Assembly: GCF_000146505.1 (NCBI RefSeq)
Contig: NC_017448.1
Coordinates: 1,050,001 to 1,082,000 of the forward strand
From: Fibrobacter succinogenes subsp. succinogenes S85
Lineage (GTDB): Bacteria > Fibrobacterota > Fibrobacteria > Fibrobacterales > Fibrobacteraceae
Length of the DNA stretch: 32,000 nt
Reading direction: 5' to 3'
The stretch's first letter is position 1. Each line of letters begins with the position of its first letter. The position numbers were made by a program, and so were the translations under genes. The notes under the pieces were generated by a model, which worked only from the letters and a program-made list of their open reading frames with translations, ran no database searches and was not told the origin of the DNA. Shown here piece after piece: positions 16,622 to 24,199 of this stretch.

Positions 16622-16927
16622 TCATCGACAACGCACGAGGCGTTTGAGAGAATAATGTTCACTCGCAACAACAGCCCACGCCAAATGTGAACAGCCAGGA
16701 ACACGAATCAGGCGAACCGACAGAGAGTCCGCGCAATCCGGGCGGTTCGCAACCAACGATTCCATCGAAGAGAGCACGTCATAGAATTCCTCCAAGCGCT
16801 TCCGCTCCCCCGCCACTTCGCGATTGAAGAAATTCCAACCGCCAAGGAGCGCCGTTGTTCCAACGAGAAAAACCGTAAGCGCCACGCAAACTTCGGGCAA
16901 AGTAAAGCCTTGACGAGAACAAGTCAC
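16622..16927 (-). CDS. Prepilin-type N-terminal domain protein (pseudopilin-like, ~101 aa)
   Basis: Start reassigned to GTG 16927, giving the leader (M)TCSRQG|FTLPEVCVALTVFLVG. This GTG overlaps the upstream stop as GTGA (16924-16927), a classic coupling arrangement. The track start, TTG 16969, is less likely. Confidence 0.7.
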   Translation of the reverse strand: MTCSRQGFTLPEVCVALTVFLVGTTALLGGWNFFNREVAGERKRLEEFYDVLSSMESLVANRPDCADSLSVRLIRVPGCSHLAWAVVASEHYSLKRLVRCR

Positions 16928-17889
16928 AAGCGCCTCCGGGAAAACACAACATTGCGAGTGTCCATACAAAATGGCAAAAGCGCCTGAGTTGAATCGAGAT
17001 GCTTTGCCGAAGAATCACGTTCAACAGTCCCAGACGGCGCAATCGCCAAGCCTTCAAACACTGACTTTTCAAGGAGCGACAAGCGGTTCTCACGATAGCC
17101 GACCGCAAGAGCCACGCTCGGGAAATTCATTTGTGCACGGTCTGAAATTTCAATATTCTGTTTTGAGAGGAGCGCACCCGCCATTGAGACATTCCCCGAG
17201 ACAGTCACGCTAGCAAGGCCAAAAATTTCAGCAAAGTCAGCGGTCACATTTCCCTGAACGCTCACTGAGCCAGTCGCATAAATCCGAAGCGTATCAAAGT
17301 GAACATTCCCGCGAATCTTGACATCGCCCTCAACATTCGCCATAAAAGAACGAATTGACTTGCGCGAACTTTGCGAATTTTCAAAAGCGCGGGATTCGCC
17401 GAGGTCTAACGTCAAATCGCCAGCGCTCACATTTATCGCCATCATGCGTTCTGCAGAGAGACCATCTGAAGAATCCAGTTTAAAAAAGCGACGATTTCCC
17501 GACAAGTTTTTCAAGCCCACTGAATGCAAAATGCGTTCATGCAAATTCTGCTCCAGCACTACGGCACAACGCGCCCATTCCGAAGTCGAGAATCGCCCGT
17601 ATTCAAGCCCCAGCATGAACTGGAATTTATTACGAACACGCCATTCGGTCCACGGTCCAAGAATCCGAGATTCAACAATCGGAAGCTCCGCAAAATAGCC
17701 ATCCGGAAAGCCATACAGTTTCGCGAGCACCGCAGATTCCGCGAAATACATTTCCTGCGTTTCTTTTGCCACAAGCGATACGTTTCGGCGAAGCGCCCCC
17801 GGCATTTTAAGCATCGCAGTCACGAGAATCGAAAGCACAAGTAACAAGCCCAACACAAGCGGAAGAACGTTACCGCATTTTGAGCGCAT
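16924..17889 (-). CDS. Membrane-anchored protein with PilX-N-like hydrophobic N-terminus and beta-helix-type repeats
   Basis: MRSKCGNVLPLVLGLLLVLSILVTAML anchor. Later come repeats GDVKIRGNVHFDTLRIYATGSVSVQGNVTADFAEIFGLASVTVSGNVSMAG. ATG 17889 overlaps the upstream gene by 20 nt. Confidence 0.6.
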   Translation of the reverse strand: MRSKCGNVLPLVLGLLLVLSILVTAMLKMPGALRRNVSLVAKETQEMYFAESAVLAKLYGFPDGYFAELPIVESRILGPWTEWRVRNKFQFMLGLEYGRFSTSEWARCAVVLEQNLHERILHSVGLKNLSGNRRFFKLDSSDGLSAERMMAINVSAGDLTLDLGESRAFENSQSSRKSIRSFMANVEGDVKIRGNVHFDTLRIYATGSVSVQGNVTADFAEIFGLASVTVSGNVSMAGALLSKQNIEISDRAQMNFPSVALAVGYRENRLSLLEKSVFEGLAIAPSGTVERDSSAKHLDSTQALLPFCMDTRNVVFSRRRL

Positions 17890-19069
17890 AACGAACCTCC
17901 TTGCGACCACAACGCATCACAACATCGTTCATTCCAATTCGCTTCACGCGATATCGAGATAGCGAATCACCGACCGAAAGCGTTTTCGTCTCGCCTGCAG
18001 ATGTTTTCACAAGCGCCACTCGCCCGCCCACAATTCCAAGTAAACTGAATTCCGACGAATCACAGGTTCCTCGTGAAGTTCGCCAACTTCTAGATGCGAC
18101 ACCGTCCACAAAACCCGCCCGTCCGAGAGTCCATTTTGCAGGGAGCAAATCGCGATGCCCTTCCGCCCACGCAAGCATTTCTAAATCGCGAGCGGCAGGC
18201 TGACTTAATTCAACCGGAGCAACATTCACAAATGAATTGTGAAATTCATCATCATAAAATTTTGCACATAACAAATTCAAAGAACCGCCGCTCATTGCAA
18301 AAACACACGCACAAAAAACAAACAAAGCCACGACGCTCATTATCCAACGCCTACGTTCGCAAGGTTTCATCGAATCGCACTCATCTAAATCCTTGCCACG
18401 CCAAAACGGATCACGCACAGCAACTTGAAATAGCTCATCCACCTTCGGCGAGCCCTCGCCAAACTCCCCCACGTCATTCATTTTCGCAAACAGTTCATCG
18501 GCTTTCAAGAATTCCTTAAAACGCGCAACACGCTCCCTACAAGCATCATCAAACACTTCTCCGTAGCCATACTCTTCTGACCAATGGCACAAACGGCCTT
18601 CCATAAAAACGAGGATGTACAGGCAATGTCCCCAAAACGCGACAAACAACAAATTTCCATTTTCCGCAACCTCCGCACATTCGCCGCCACACTCCGCGCA
18701 CGCTTCATCACACTTCAAGCAATTCTCACCATCCCGTTCGCCACGCAATATTTTGTCAGCAATAGCATACAACGCAATTTGTTTTGGCAAGCAACGGTCA
18801 AACGTTTTTCGGTAATTTTCCAACGGTTCATCCGCCACCGCCACGAGATAGCGATGTTTGCGTCCATCCGACGCATTGAACGAGACCAGCTGCCAAAAGA
18901 AAACCGCGCACTCGCCATCTGCAAAACCGGCATTAAATACATCTCTAAAATCTTCGTCAAATCGCTTGCGCAATTCCGTTTCCGTAGGCATCCCGTCAAA
19001 TGCTGTCGTCACTTCCCACGTCATCATCCGAGCCGCAACCGGTGCAATTCGCTTATTCCAGAAAAACAT
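17870..19069 (-). CDS. Hypothetical bitopic membrane protein (399 aa) of the secretin operon
   Basis: Cytoplasmic ~240 aa containing CLKCDEACAECGGEC, a single TM (WIMSVVALFVFCACVFAM), and a periplasmic C-terminus (LLGIVGGRVALVKTSAGETKTLSVGDSLSRYRVKRIGMNDVVM) reminiscent of PilP/GspC HR domains. Confidence 0.6.
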   Translation of the reverse strand: MFFWNKRIAPVAARMMTWEVTTAFDGMPTETELRKRFDEDFRDVFNAGFADGECAVFFWQLVSFNASDGRKHRYLVAVADEPLENYRKTFDRCLPKQIALYAIADKILRGERDGENCLKCDEACAECGGECAEVAENGNLLFVAFWGHCLYILVFMEGRLCHWSEEYGYGEVFDDACRERVARFKEFLKADELFAKMNDVGEFGEGSPKVDELFQVAVRDPFWRGKDLDECDSMKPCERRRWIMSVVALFVFCACVFAMSGGSLNLLCAKFYDDEFHNSFVNVAPVELSQPAARDLEMLAWAEGHRDLLPAKWTLGRAGFVDGVASRSWRTSRGTCDSSEFSLLGIVGGRVALVKTSAGETKTLSVGDSLSRYRVKRIGMNDVVMRCGRKEVRYALKMR

Positions 19070-19114
19070 GTTATTAACCCTTAGTCAATGGTTATTTTTT
19101 CACATCACTAATCC

Positions 19115-20926
19115 TTACAACTTTCCATCAATTTTCCCTCTCGTCTGTAGACTCGCAGAGCCGTTCTCTCGTCTAACATCCACACTCGGCGTGATAAAAA
19201 TTGCGAGTTCACTTTCGTCCTCTTCTTCGGAGGTGTAACTGAATAACCGCCCAAGAATCGGAATACTCCCCAAGAACGGCACCGCCGAACGCACCTCCGT
19301 CTTGTTCTTGCGAATAAGCCCGCCCAAGCACAAAGTTTCACCATCACGCAACACCACAGTTGTCTTCATGTTCCGAGAACTGATGTCTCGCGGCCCATCG
19401 CCAGTGCTCCTGCCCGCCGTCTTGATTTCCGGCGACACAGACAACGTTATCAAACCGTCTTGCGTCATCGTGGGGGTGAGTTCCAATGAAATACCATCGT
19501 TAAACGAACGATAATCCGTAATCGGGTACCCATCCGCAGAAACTTGACTGACAAGATAATAGACCGTATTCGTCACGTTGAGTTCCGCCTTATTGCCGTT
19601 CAACGTTGTCACACGCGGGCGCGCAAGAACCTTCGCCTCATTGTTCTCTTCCATCGACGAAAGCTCTAGTTCAAAGCGGTCCGGCAAGATTCCGATTTTT
19701 CCGAACGCCCCCGATTTCGAAATATCCTTGCCCAAGAAATCAAAGAACCCGCGCGCCTGAATATCGCGCTCACCCACATTCCGCGTTGCCCCGCTCCGCA
19801 CACCAATCGCAAAACTACGCCCCTTGCGGAACTCTACAATCACGCACGCAAGCGTCACTTGCATTTGAGGCACATCGACCATTTTCAAAAGCTCCTCAGC
19901 ACGCGCAATCGCCCGCGGTGAGCCACCAAGCACAAGCGCATTCTGCTCACGATATTCCGAGACATTCAGTTCCGAGCCTTTCATAAACTTTGAAAGTTGC
20001 GCCATAGCTTTCTCGGGCGACACATGCTTTAGCGAAAAGACACGCACATCGGCAAGCGCCTTTGCCCCCTCTTCCGAGACCCAAAGCGACGATGAATCTA
20101 GCCGAAACGTGAACGCACTCCCGCGAAAAAGTGACGCTAAAAGTTCCGGCAACGAAACATCCTTGAACGACATCTGCACTGTTTCATTCAAGTCGCCATA
20201 AACGGCCAAATTGAGCCCAGCCTCTTCTGCAATTGCCTTAAGCACTGCCTTGAGCGAAACCGACTGCAAATCCACCGAATAAAGGTCACCCGCACGTTCC
20301 ACAGAAACTTCCGCGCCATCCGACGAACCGTTCAAAGCATTCCCCGTTTTCGCACGCGAAACCCGCAAGCACCCGCGCTCCCCGCGAACCTTGAACCCGT
20401 TCGATTCCATCAACACGCGAAACGCCATTTCTGGAACCATTCGCCTCAGATTTCCACTCACCACACCATCCACGTCGTAATCCGCAAGCACATTCACGCC
20501 CGTATTCAGGCCAAATTCCTTCACAAACTCGCGCACGTTCATGTTTTTCACGTCAATGACCACGCCAGAATCTGTGAGCGCAATCGTACCGTTCTGCACA
20601 CGCGCCCGCCGAATATGGTACACACGCCCTTCCAACACCAAATCCAAGCCATGCGATGCACAAAGCGAAGTCAGCCCTTCGAAAAGGCTTACCCCCTCCA
20701 GGTGAAACGTCACGCGAACATCGCCCGCATCATCCGTCAAAATGGACGTTCCATACGCAAGCGAAAGCGTCCGCGCCACCTCCGCCAACGAAACATCCAC
20801 AAAATCGAGCGTTACCGCCCCCGGCGAAGTCCGAACAGACTTCGGCTTTTCAACCGAACGCGCTCCCGCCACCGACGAAGACAACAACAATGTCAAAAGG
20901 GAAATTCCCAAGATCCTTAGAAGCAC
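19115..20926 (-). CDS. Secretin (GspD/PilQ family outer-membrane channel)
   Basis: Signal peptide MLLRILGISLLTLLLSSSVAGA. The C-terminal secretin domain reads VLARPRVTTLNGNKAELNV ... LCLGGLIRKNKTEVRSAVPFLGSIPILGRLF ... ELAIFITPSV. GTG start is preceded by AGGAG (tttaggagaatcGTG). Confidence 0.9.
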   Translation of the reverse strand: MLLRILGISLLTLLLSSSVAGARSVEKPKSVRTSPGAVTLDFVDVSLAEVARTLSLAYGTSILTDDAGDVRVTFHLEGVSLFEGLTSLCASHGLDLVLEGRVYHIRRARVQNGTIALTDSGVVIDVKNMNVREFVKEFGLNTGVNVLADYDVDGVVSGNLRRMVPEMAFRVLMESNGFKVRGERGCLRVSRAKTGNALNGSSDGAEVSVERAGDLYSVDLQSVSLKAVLKAIAEEAGLNLAVYGDLNETVQMSFKDVSLPELLASLFRGSAFTFRLDSSSLWVSEEGAKALADVRVFSLKHVSPEKAMAQLSKFMKGSELNVSEYREQNALVLGGSPRAIARAEELLKMVDVPQMQVTLACVIVEFRKGRSFAIGVRSGATRNVGERDIQARGFFDFLGKDISKSGAFGKIGILPDRFELELSSMEENNEAKVLARPRVTTLNGNKAELNVTNTVYYLVSQVSADGYPITDYRSFNDGISLELTPTMTQDGLITLSVSPEIKTAGRSTGDGPRDISSRNMKTTVVLRDGETLCLGGLIRKNKTEVRSAVPFLGSIPILGRLFSYTSEEEDESELAIFITPSVDVRRENGSASLQTRGKIDGKL

Positions 20927-21221
20927 ACGATTCTCCTAAAATGCGCATGCCCGCTTTTTCAATGCGAACGCCTCTGGCGTTACAATTGCGGCCCCTGCCC
21001 GGGATAATATTTAAGGATCTAAGAAATGATATAATAAGTTGCGAACCAATGTATAAAAAAGCAATTAGAAAAACAAGACGTCTAAAGGGGAATAAAATTT
21101 TCGGAACTTTTATCCCCGCTGAGGCGAATTACCTCGTTTTTTTATGGGTTTTAAGACCAGCAAAAAGGACTTTTCGAACAAAAACATCGAAATTTACACA
21201 ATTTCGCCACATTTTCAAAAT

Positions 21222-21237
21222 TGGCACGGTTCTTGCT
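21222..21237 (+). promoter_or_regulatory. Sigma-54 (RpoN) -24/-12 promoter
   Basis: TGGCACGGTTCTTGCT matches the TGGCACG-N4-TTGCW consensus at every defined position. It lies 50 nt upstream of ATG 21287. The only other TGGCAC hexamers I noticed lack a correctly spaced TTGC. Confidence 0.65.
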
Positions 21238-21286
21238 AAATACAGGGTGGAAACAAAAAAATCCACCCACAACCATAGGAAGAATC

Positions 21287-22186
21287 ATGAAATCAAAATT
21301 CATCGCAATCCTCACAATCTCTACGCTTGCCTTTTTTGCCAATGCATCTGCCAAGAGCGATGCCTCTGACATGAAGAGCGTCAAGGCCGAAATCACCGCT
21401 GAAATTTCGGAAGAAGTCCAAGCTGAAGTTGTCGACAAGGTCGACTTCAAGAAGATGCGCGAAGAAAGCAAGGAAGCTCGCAAGGGTCTCCTTGACAAGA
21501 TCAAGCTCGACAAGGACGAAGCCAAGGTAGAAGCTCCGAAGCCGCCGAAGCCGGAAATCGAACCGCCGACCCCGAAGACGGAAGAAGAACTCCAGGCCGA
21601 ACGCGAAGCTCACAAGGCTGAACTCGAAGCCAAGAAGGCCGAACGTGAAGCTAAGAAGGCTGAAGAAGAAGCAAAGCGTGCTGAACGTGAAGAAACTTTG
21701 AAAGCTGAACGCGAAGCTAAGAAGGCAGAAATGGAAGCCAAGCGCGCCGAAGAAGAAGCTAAGCGTGCTGAACGCGAAGAAGCCCGCAAGGCCGAACGCG
21801 AAGCTAAGAAGGCCGAAATGGAAGCTAAGAAGGCTGAGCTCGAAGCACAGCGCGCAGAACGCGAAGAAGCTTTGAAGGCTGAACGCGAAGCTCGCAAGGC
21901 CGAAATGGAAGCCAAGCGTGCTGAACTCGAAGCACAGCGCGCAGAACGCGAAGAAGCTTTGAAAGCCGAACGCGAAGCTAAGAAGGCAGAAATGGAAGCC
22001 AAGCGTGCAGAACTCGAAGCTCAGCGTGCAGAACGCGAAGAAGCTTTGAAGGCCGAACGTGAAGCTCGCAAGGCTGAAATCGAAGCCAAGAAGGCCGAAA
22101 TCGAAGCACAGCGTGCAGAACGTGAAGCTTTGAAGGCTGAAAAGGAAACTGTAAAAGAAGAAAAGACCGTAGCACAGGTTGAATAA
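21287..22186 (+). CDS. Secreted Ala/Glu/Lys/Arg-rich repeat protein (299 aa), predicted long charged helix
   Basis: MKSKFIAILTISTLAFFANASA signal peptide with SD aggaag. The body is KAEMEAKRAELEAQRAEREEALKAEREAR-type 29-aa repeats. The track start, TTG 21221, lies inside the promoter and is rejected. Confidence 0.8.
   Translation: MKSKFIAILTISTLAFFANASAKSDASDMKSVKAEITAEISEEVQAEVVDKVDFKKMREESKEARKGLLDKIKLDKDEAKVEAPKPPKPEIEPPTPKTEEELQAEREAHKAELEAKKAEREAKKAEEEAKRAEREETLKAEREAKKAEMEAKRAEEEAKRAEREEARKAEREAKKAEMEAKKAELEAQRAEREEALKAEREARKAEMEAKRAELEAQRAEREEALKAEREAKKAEMEAKRAELEAQRAEREEALKAEREARKAEIEAKKAEIEAQRAEREALKAEKETVKEEKTVAQVE
21638..22146. repeat. 87-bp (29-codon) in-frame tandem repeat, ~5.8 copies
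   Basis: Copies start at 21638, 21725, 21812, 21899, 21986 and 22073, spaced exactly 87 nt. They differ mainly at synonymous third positions. Confidence 0.9.
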
Positions 22187-22263
22187 GGACTTTCCTCCTA
22201 AAAAACTGGGCGGCGGGAGCAACCGTCGCCCTCTTTTTTCCGAGTCTTTTCAAGGTTAACGCT

Positions 22264-22710
22264 ATGAAAAACGCAAACAAAATTATTGCACTTTTGACCA
22301 GCTCGGTATTCGTGGCGGTTCCGTTTGCACAACCGGAATCCGATATCGCGACACCTGCAGGAAGGTCAGAAATTTCGCAAGACGCCCCTGACCTTGGACA
22401 GAAACAGAAAGAAGACTGGCAGCGTTTACGCGAAGAACGCAAACAAGCTAGACAGCAGATTCTCTCGGACATCAAGGCAAATGCCCATGCCGAAATCAAG
22501 GATATCCAGCAAGACATCAACTTGCAAAAAACGAGCAACAACGCGCTAAACGAAAACAAGAATATCGCGAAAGAAAATATTATCAACAAAGAAAAAGGGC
22601 AAATTGAAAAGAATCGCGACGAATGGGAAAAACAGCACCCAGAAAACCCGCCGTTCGATGTTCCACGTCCAAACGAACACGTCCCTTTCCCTAAAGGTCC
22701 TAAATTTTAA
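22264..22710 (+). CDS. Hypothetical secreted charged protein (148 aa)
   Basis: Signal peptide MKNANKIIALLTSSVFVAVPFA|QPE. Gln/Lys/Glu/Asn-rich helical body and a Pro-rich C-terminus. It starts 77 nt after the repeat-protein gene with no terminator between them. Confidence 0.7.
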   Translation: MKNANKIIALLTSSVFVAVPFAQPESDIATPAGRSEISQDAPDLGQKQKEDWQRLREERKQARQQILSDIKANAHAEIKDIQQDINLQKTSNNALNENKNIAKENIINKEKGQIEKNRDEWEKQHPENPPFDVPRPNEHVPFPKGPKF

Positions 22711-22744
22711 GACCAAAGATTTGAATTTTACCAACCCACACAAA

Positions 22745-22774
22745 AGCGACGCCGAATGGCGCCGCTTTTTTTTG
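22745..22774 (+). terminator. Intrinsic terminator
   Basis: gcgacgcc-gaat-ggcgccgc (one mismatch) followed by tttttttt. Confidence 0.7.
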
Positions 22775-22790
22775 ATCAATTTTTAGCTTA

Positions 22791-24182
22791 TCACCACGTT
22801 GGCGGCGGAGCGTAGATGAATTGACCCGCGCTGCAAAAGAACACGCAGCCATCGATATCGCTAGACTCGCCTTCGTTTTCGCAAGCGGTTCCGATTACAG
22901 GGCTTGCCTGGCAACGCAGAGACGGGCGGTCGCAATCGACTTCTTCGCCACATTCGTAATACTTGAAGCGTTCCACCCACTTGTTATTGACGCAGATGTA
23001 GTTTTCAATTCTGAAACTATTATTGGATTCCACGATGCGGAGGTCTCTGCTAGATTCAGAACCGTCGCAAGGTTCGCTCAGCCATTTATCGTTGCAGTAT
23101 CTATCAATGCCATACTTGTTGCAAAGTTCGTATTCGCTATAACCGCATTCCGGAGCAAGGGCGTTGCATACAGGAACCGCGCATCCATCCATTCCTGGTT
23201 CGCAATCCTTGACATTCAGAGACCAGTATCCCTGATCACACACAAATTCCTCACCTGTTTCGCAATCAAATGCAAATCTTTTTTCTACACCACAAAAACC
23301 GCAACCAGGCCTATTATCATCGCATTTAACATCGGTGATGTGCTCGCAGATTTCATCGCCCATGCCGTACTCTCTCCACTTGCCGCCTTCGCACTTGTAA
23401 TGGCCATTGAAGACGCCTTCTTTAAAGCAAGCTTCGCAGTATTCAAGTTTGCCTTGGGCGCAGAGTTTATTGTTATCCGTCGCCTTGACTTCCCACGTTT
23501 CACCGTTGCAAACGTAAATGGCACCACTTCCGCAATCGGCAATTTCCTTGATGCCATCCGGTTGGCAGAGACGGTAGCCACAGCCACCCATCCCCGGCTT
23601 GCATTCATCCGGTTTGACATTCAAGCAAGTCACCGGCTGCCAATTGTTGTTTTGGCATTCATAGTTCGCACCTGTCACGCAGTCAACGGCGGTGCGACCG
23701 TTTTGATCCACGCAGTTACCCTTTTCGGTCATGCCATCGTAATCCGTGATGTGTCTGCAAGTTTCCACGGTTTTCTCTTCGCAGCAAACCGGCTCCTGAG
23801 TCCAAATTCCGTTACAGTGAGTCGTCCAATGACCATTCGGACACGATTCAACGGAACTCGAGCTCAATGGCTTTTGAGAAAACGAAGAACTGCTCACGCA
23901 GAAGTAGGTCTGGCCCATTTCACAAAGTTGTTCGACGGTGTAACCACACTCAGGAAGCAGTGCAGCACACTGCGAGCTGAGCGGGATATCGGATGAAGAG
24001 CTTACAGCAACCTCTGAGCTAGAGGACTGCGGAGCAGGCTGTTCAACGGCCGAGGAAGTCCCACCGTTTCCAGCGTTGAAATCAGGACCGCTGAGAGTAT
24101 CGTTATCGCATGCAACGACTGCGAAAGAAGTAGCCGCCACAACGGCAAGGCTCATCGCCTTGACATAATGATTCTTTTTCAT
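22791..24182 (-). CDS. Cysteine-rich repeat lipoprotein (463 aa)
   Basis: Lipobox SFAVVAC|DND, a Ser-rich linker, then about 42 Cys by hand count. Recurring modules are L.PECGY..E.LC...G...[FY]C, C.PGM.GC and DC.[ST]G..[YF].C....W. SD aaggag lies upstream. Confidence 0.8.
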   Translation of the reverse strand: MKKNHYVKAMSLAVVAATSFAVVACDNDTLSGPDFNAGNGGTSSAVEQPAPQSSSSEVAVSSSSDIPLSSQCAALLPECGYTVEQLCEMGQTYFCVSSSSFSQKPLSSSSVESCPNGHWTTHCNGIWTQEPVCCEEKTVETCRHITDYDGMTEKGNCVDQNGRTAVDCVTGANYECQNNNWQPVTCLNVKPDECKPGMGGCGYRLCQPDGIKEIADCGSGAIYVCNGETWEVKATDNNKLCAQGKLEYCEACFKEGVFNGHYKCEGGKWREYGMGDEICEHITDVKCDDNRPGCGFCGVEKRFAFDCETGEEFVCDQGYWSLNVKDCEPGMDGCAVPVCNALAPECGYSEYELCNKYGIDRYCNDKWLSEPCDGSESSRDLRIVESNNSFRIENYICVNNKWVERFKYYECGEEVDCDRPSLRCQASPVIGTACENEGESSDIDGCVFFCSAGQFIYAPPPTW

Positions 24183-24199
24183 GATGTTTTCTCCTTAAT

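Noticed and set aside
20656-21369. 237-aa plus-strand ORF spanning the divergent intergenic region.
   Set aside because: It runs through the secretin start, the intergenic hairpins and the sigma-54 promoter. The translation is basic low-complexity sequence and there is no SD.
21638-22146. Regular direct repeats considered as a possible CRISPR array.
   Set aside because: The units are contiguous (87 nt, no spacers), in frame within a signal-peptide protein, and degenerate at synonymous sites. No cas genes are present.
21293-22222. 309-aa and 130-aa minus-strand ORFs across the repeat region.
   Set aside because: These are the reverse reading of the 87-bp repeats (Phe/Ser/Leu-rich). The plus-strand gene has a signal peptide, an SD and a sigma-54 promoter.
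22821-23996. 391-aa plus-strand ORF.
   Set aside because: It is antisense to the Cys-rich lipoprotein gene, which has a lipobox, an SD and repeated Cys modules.
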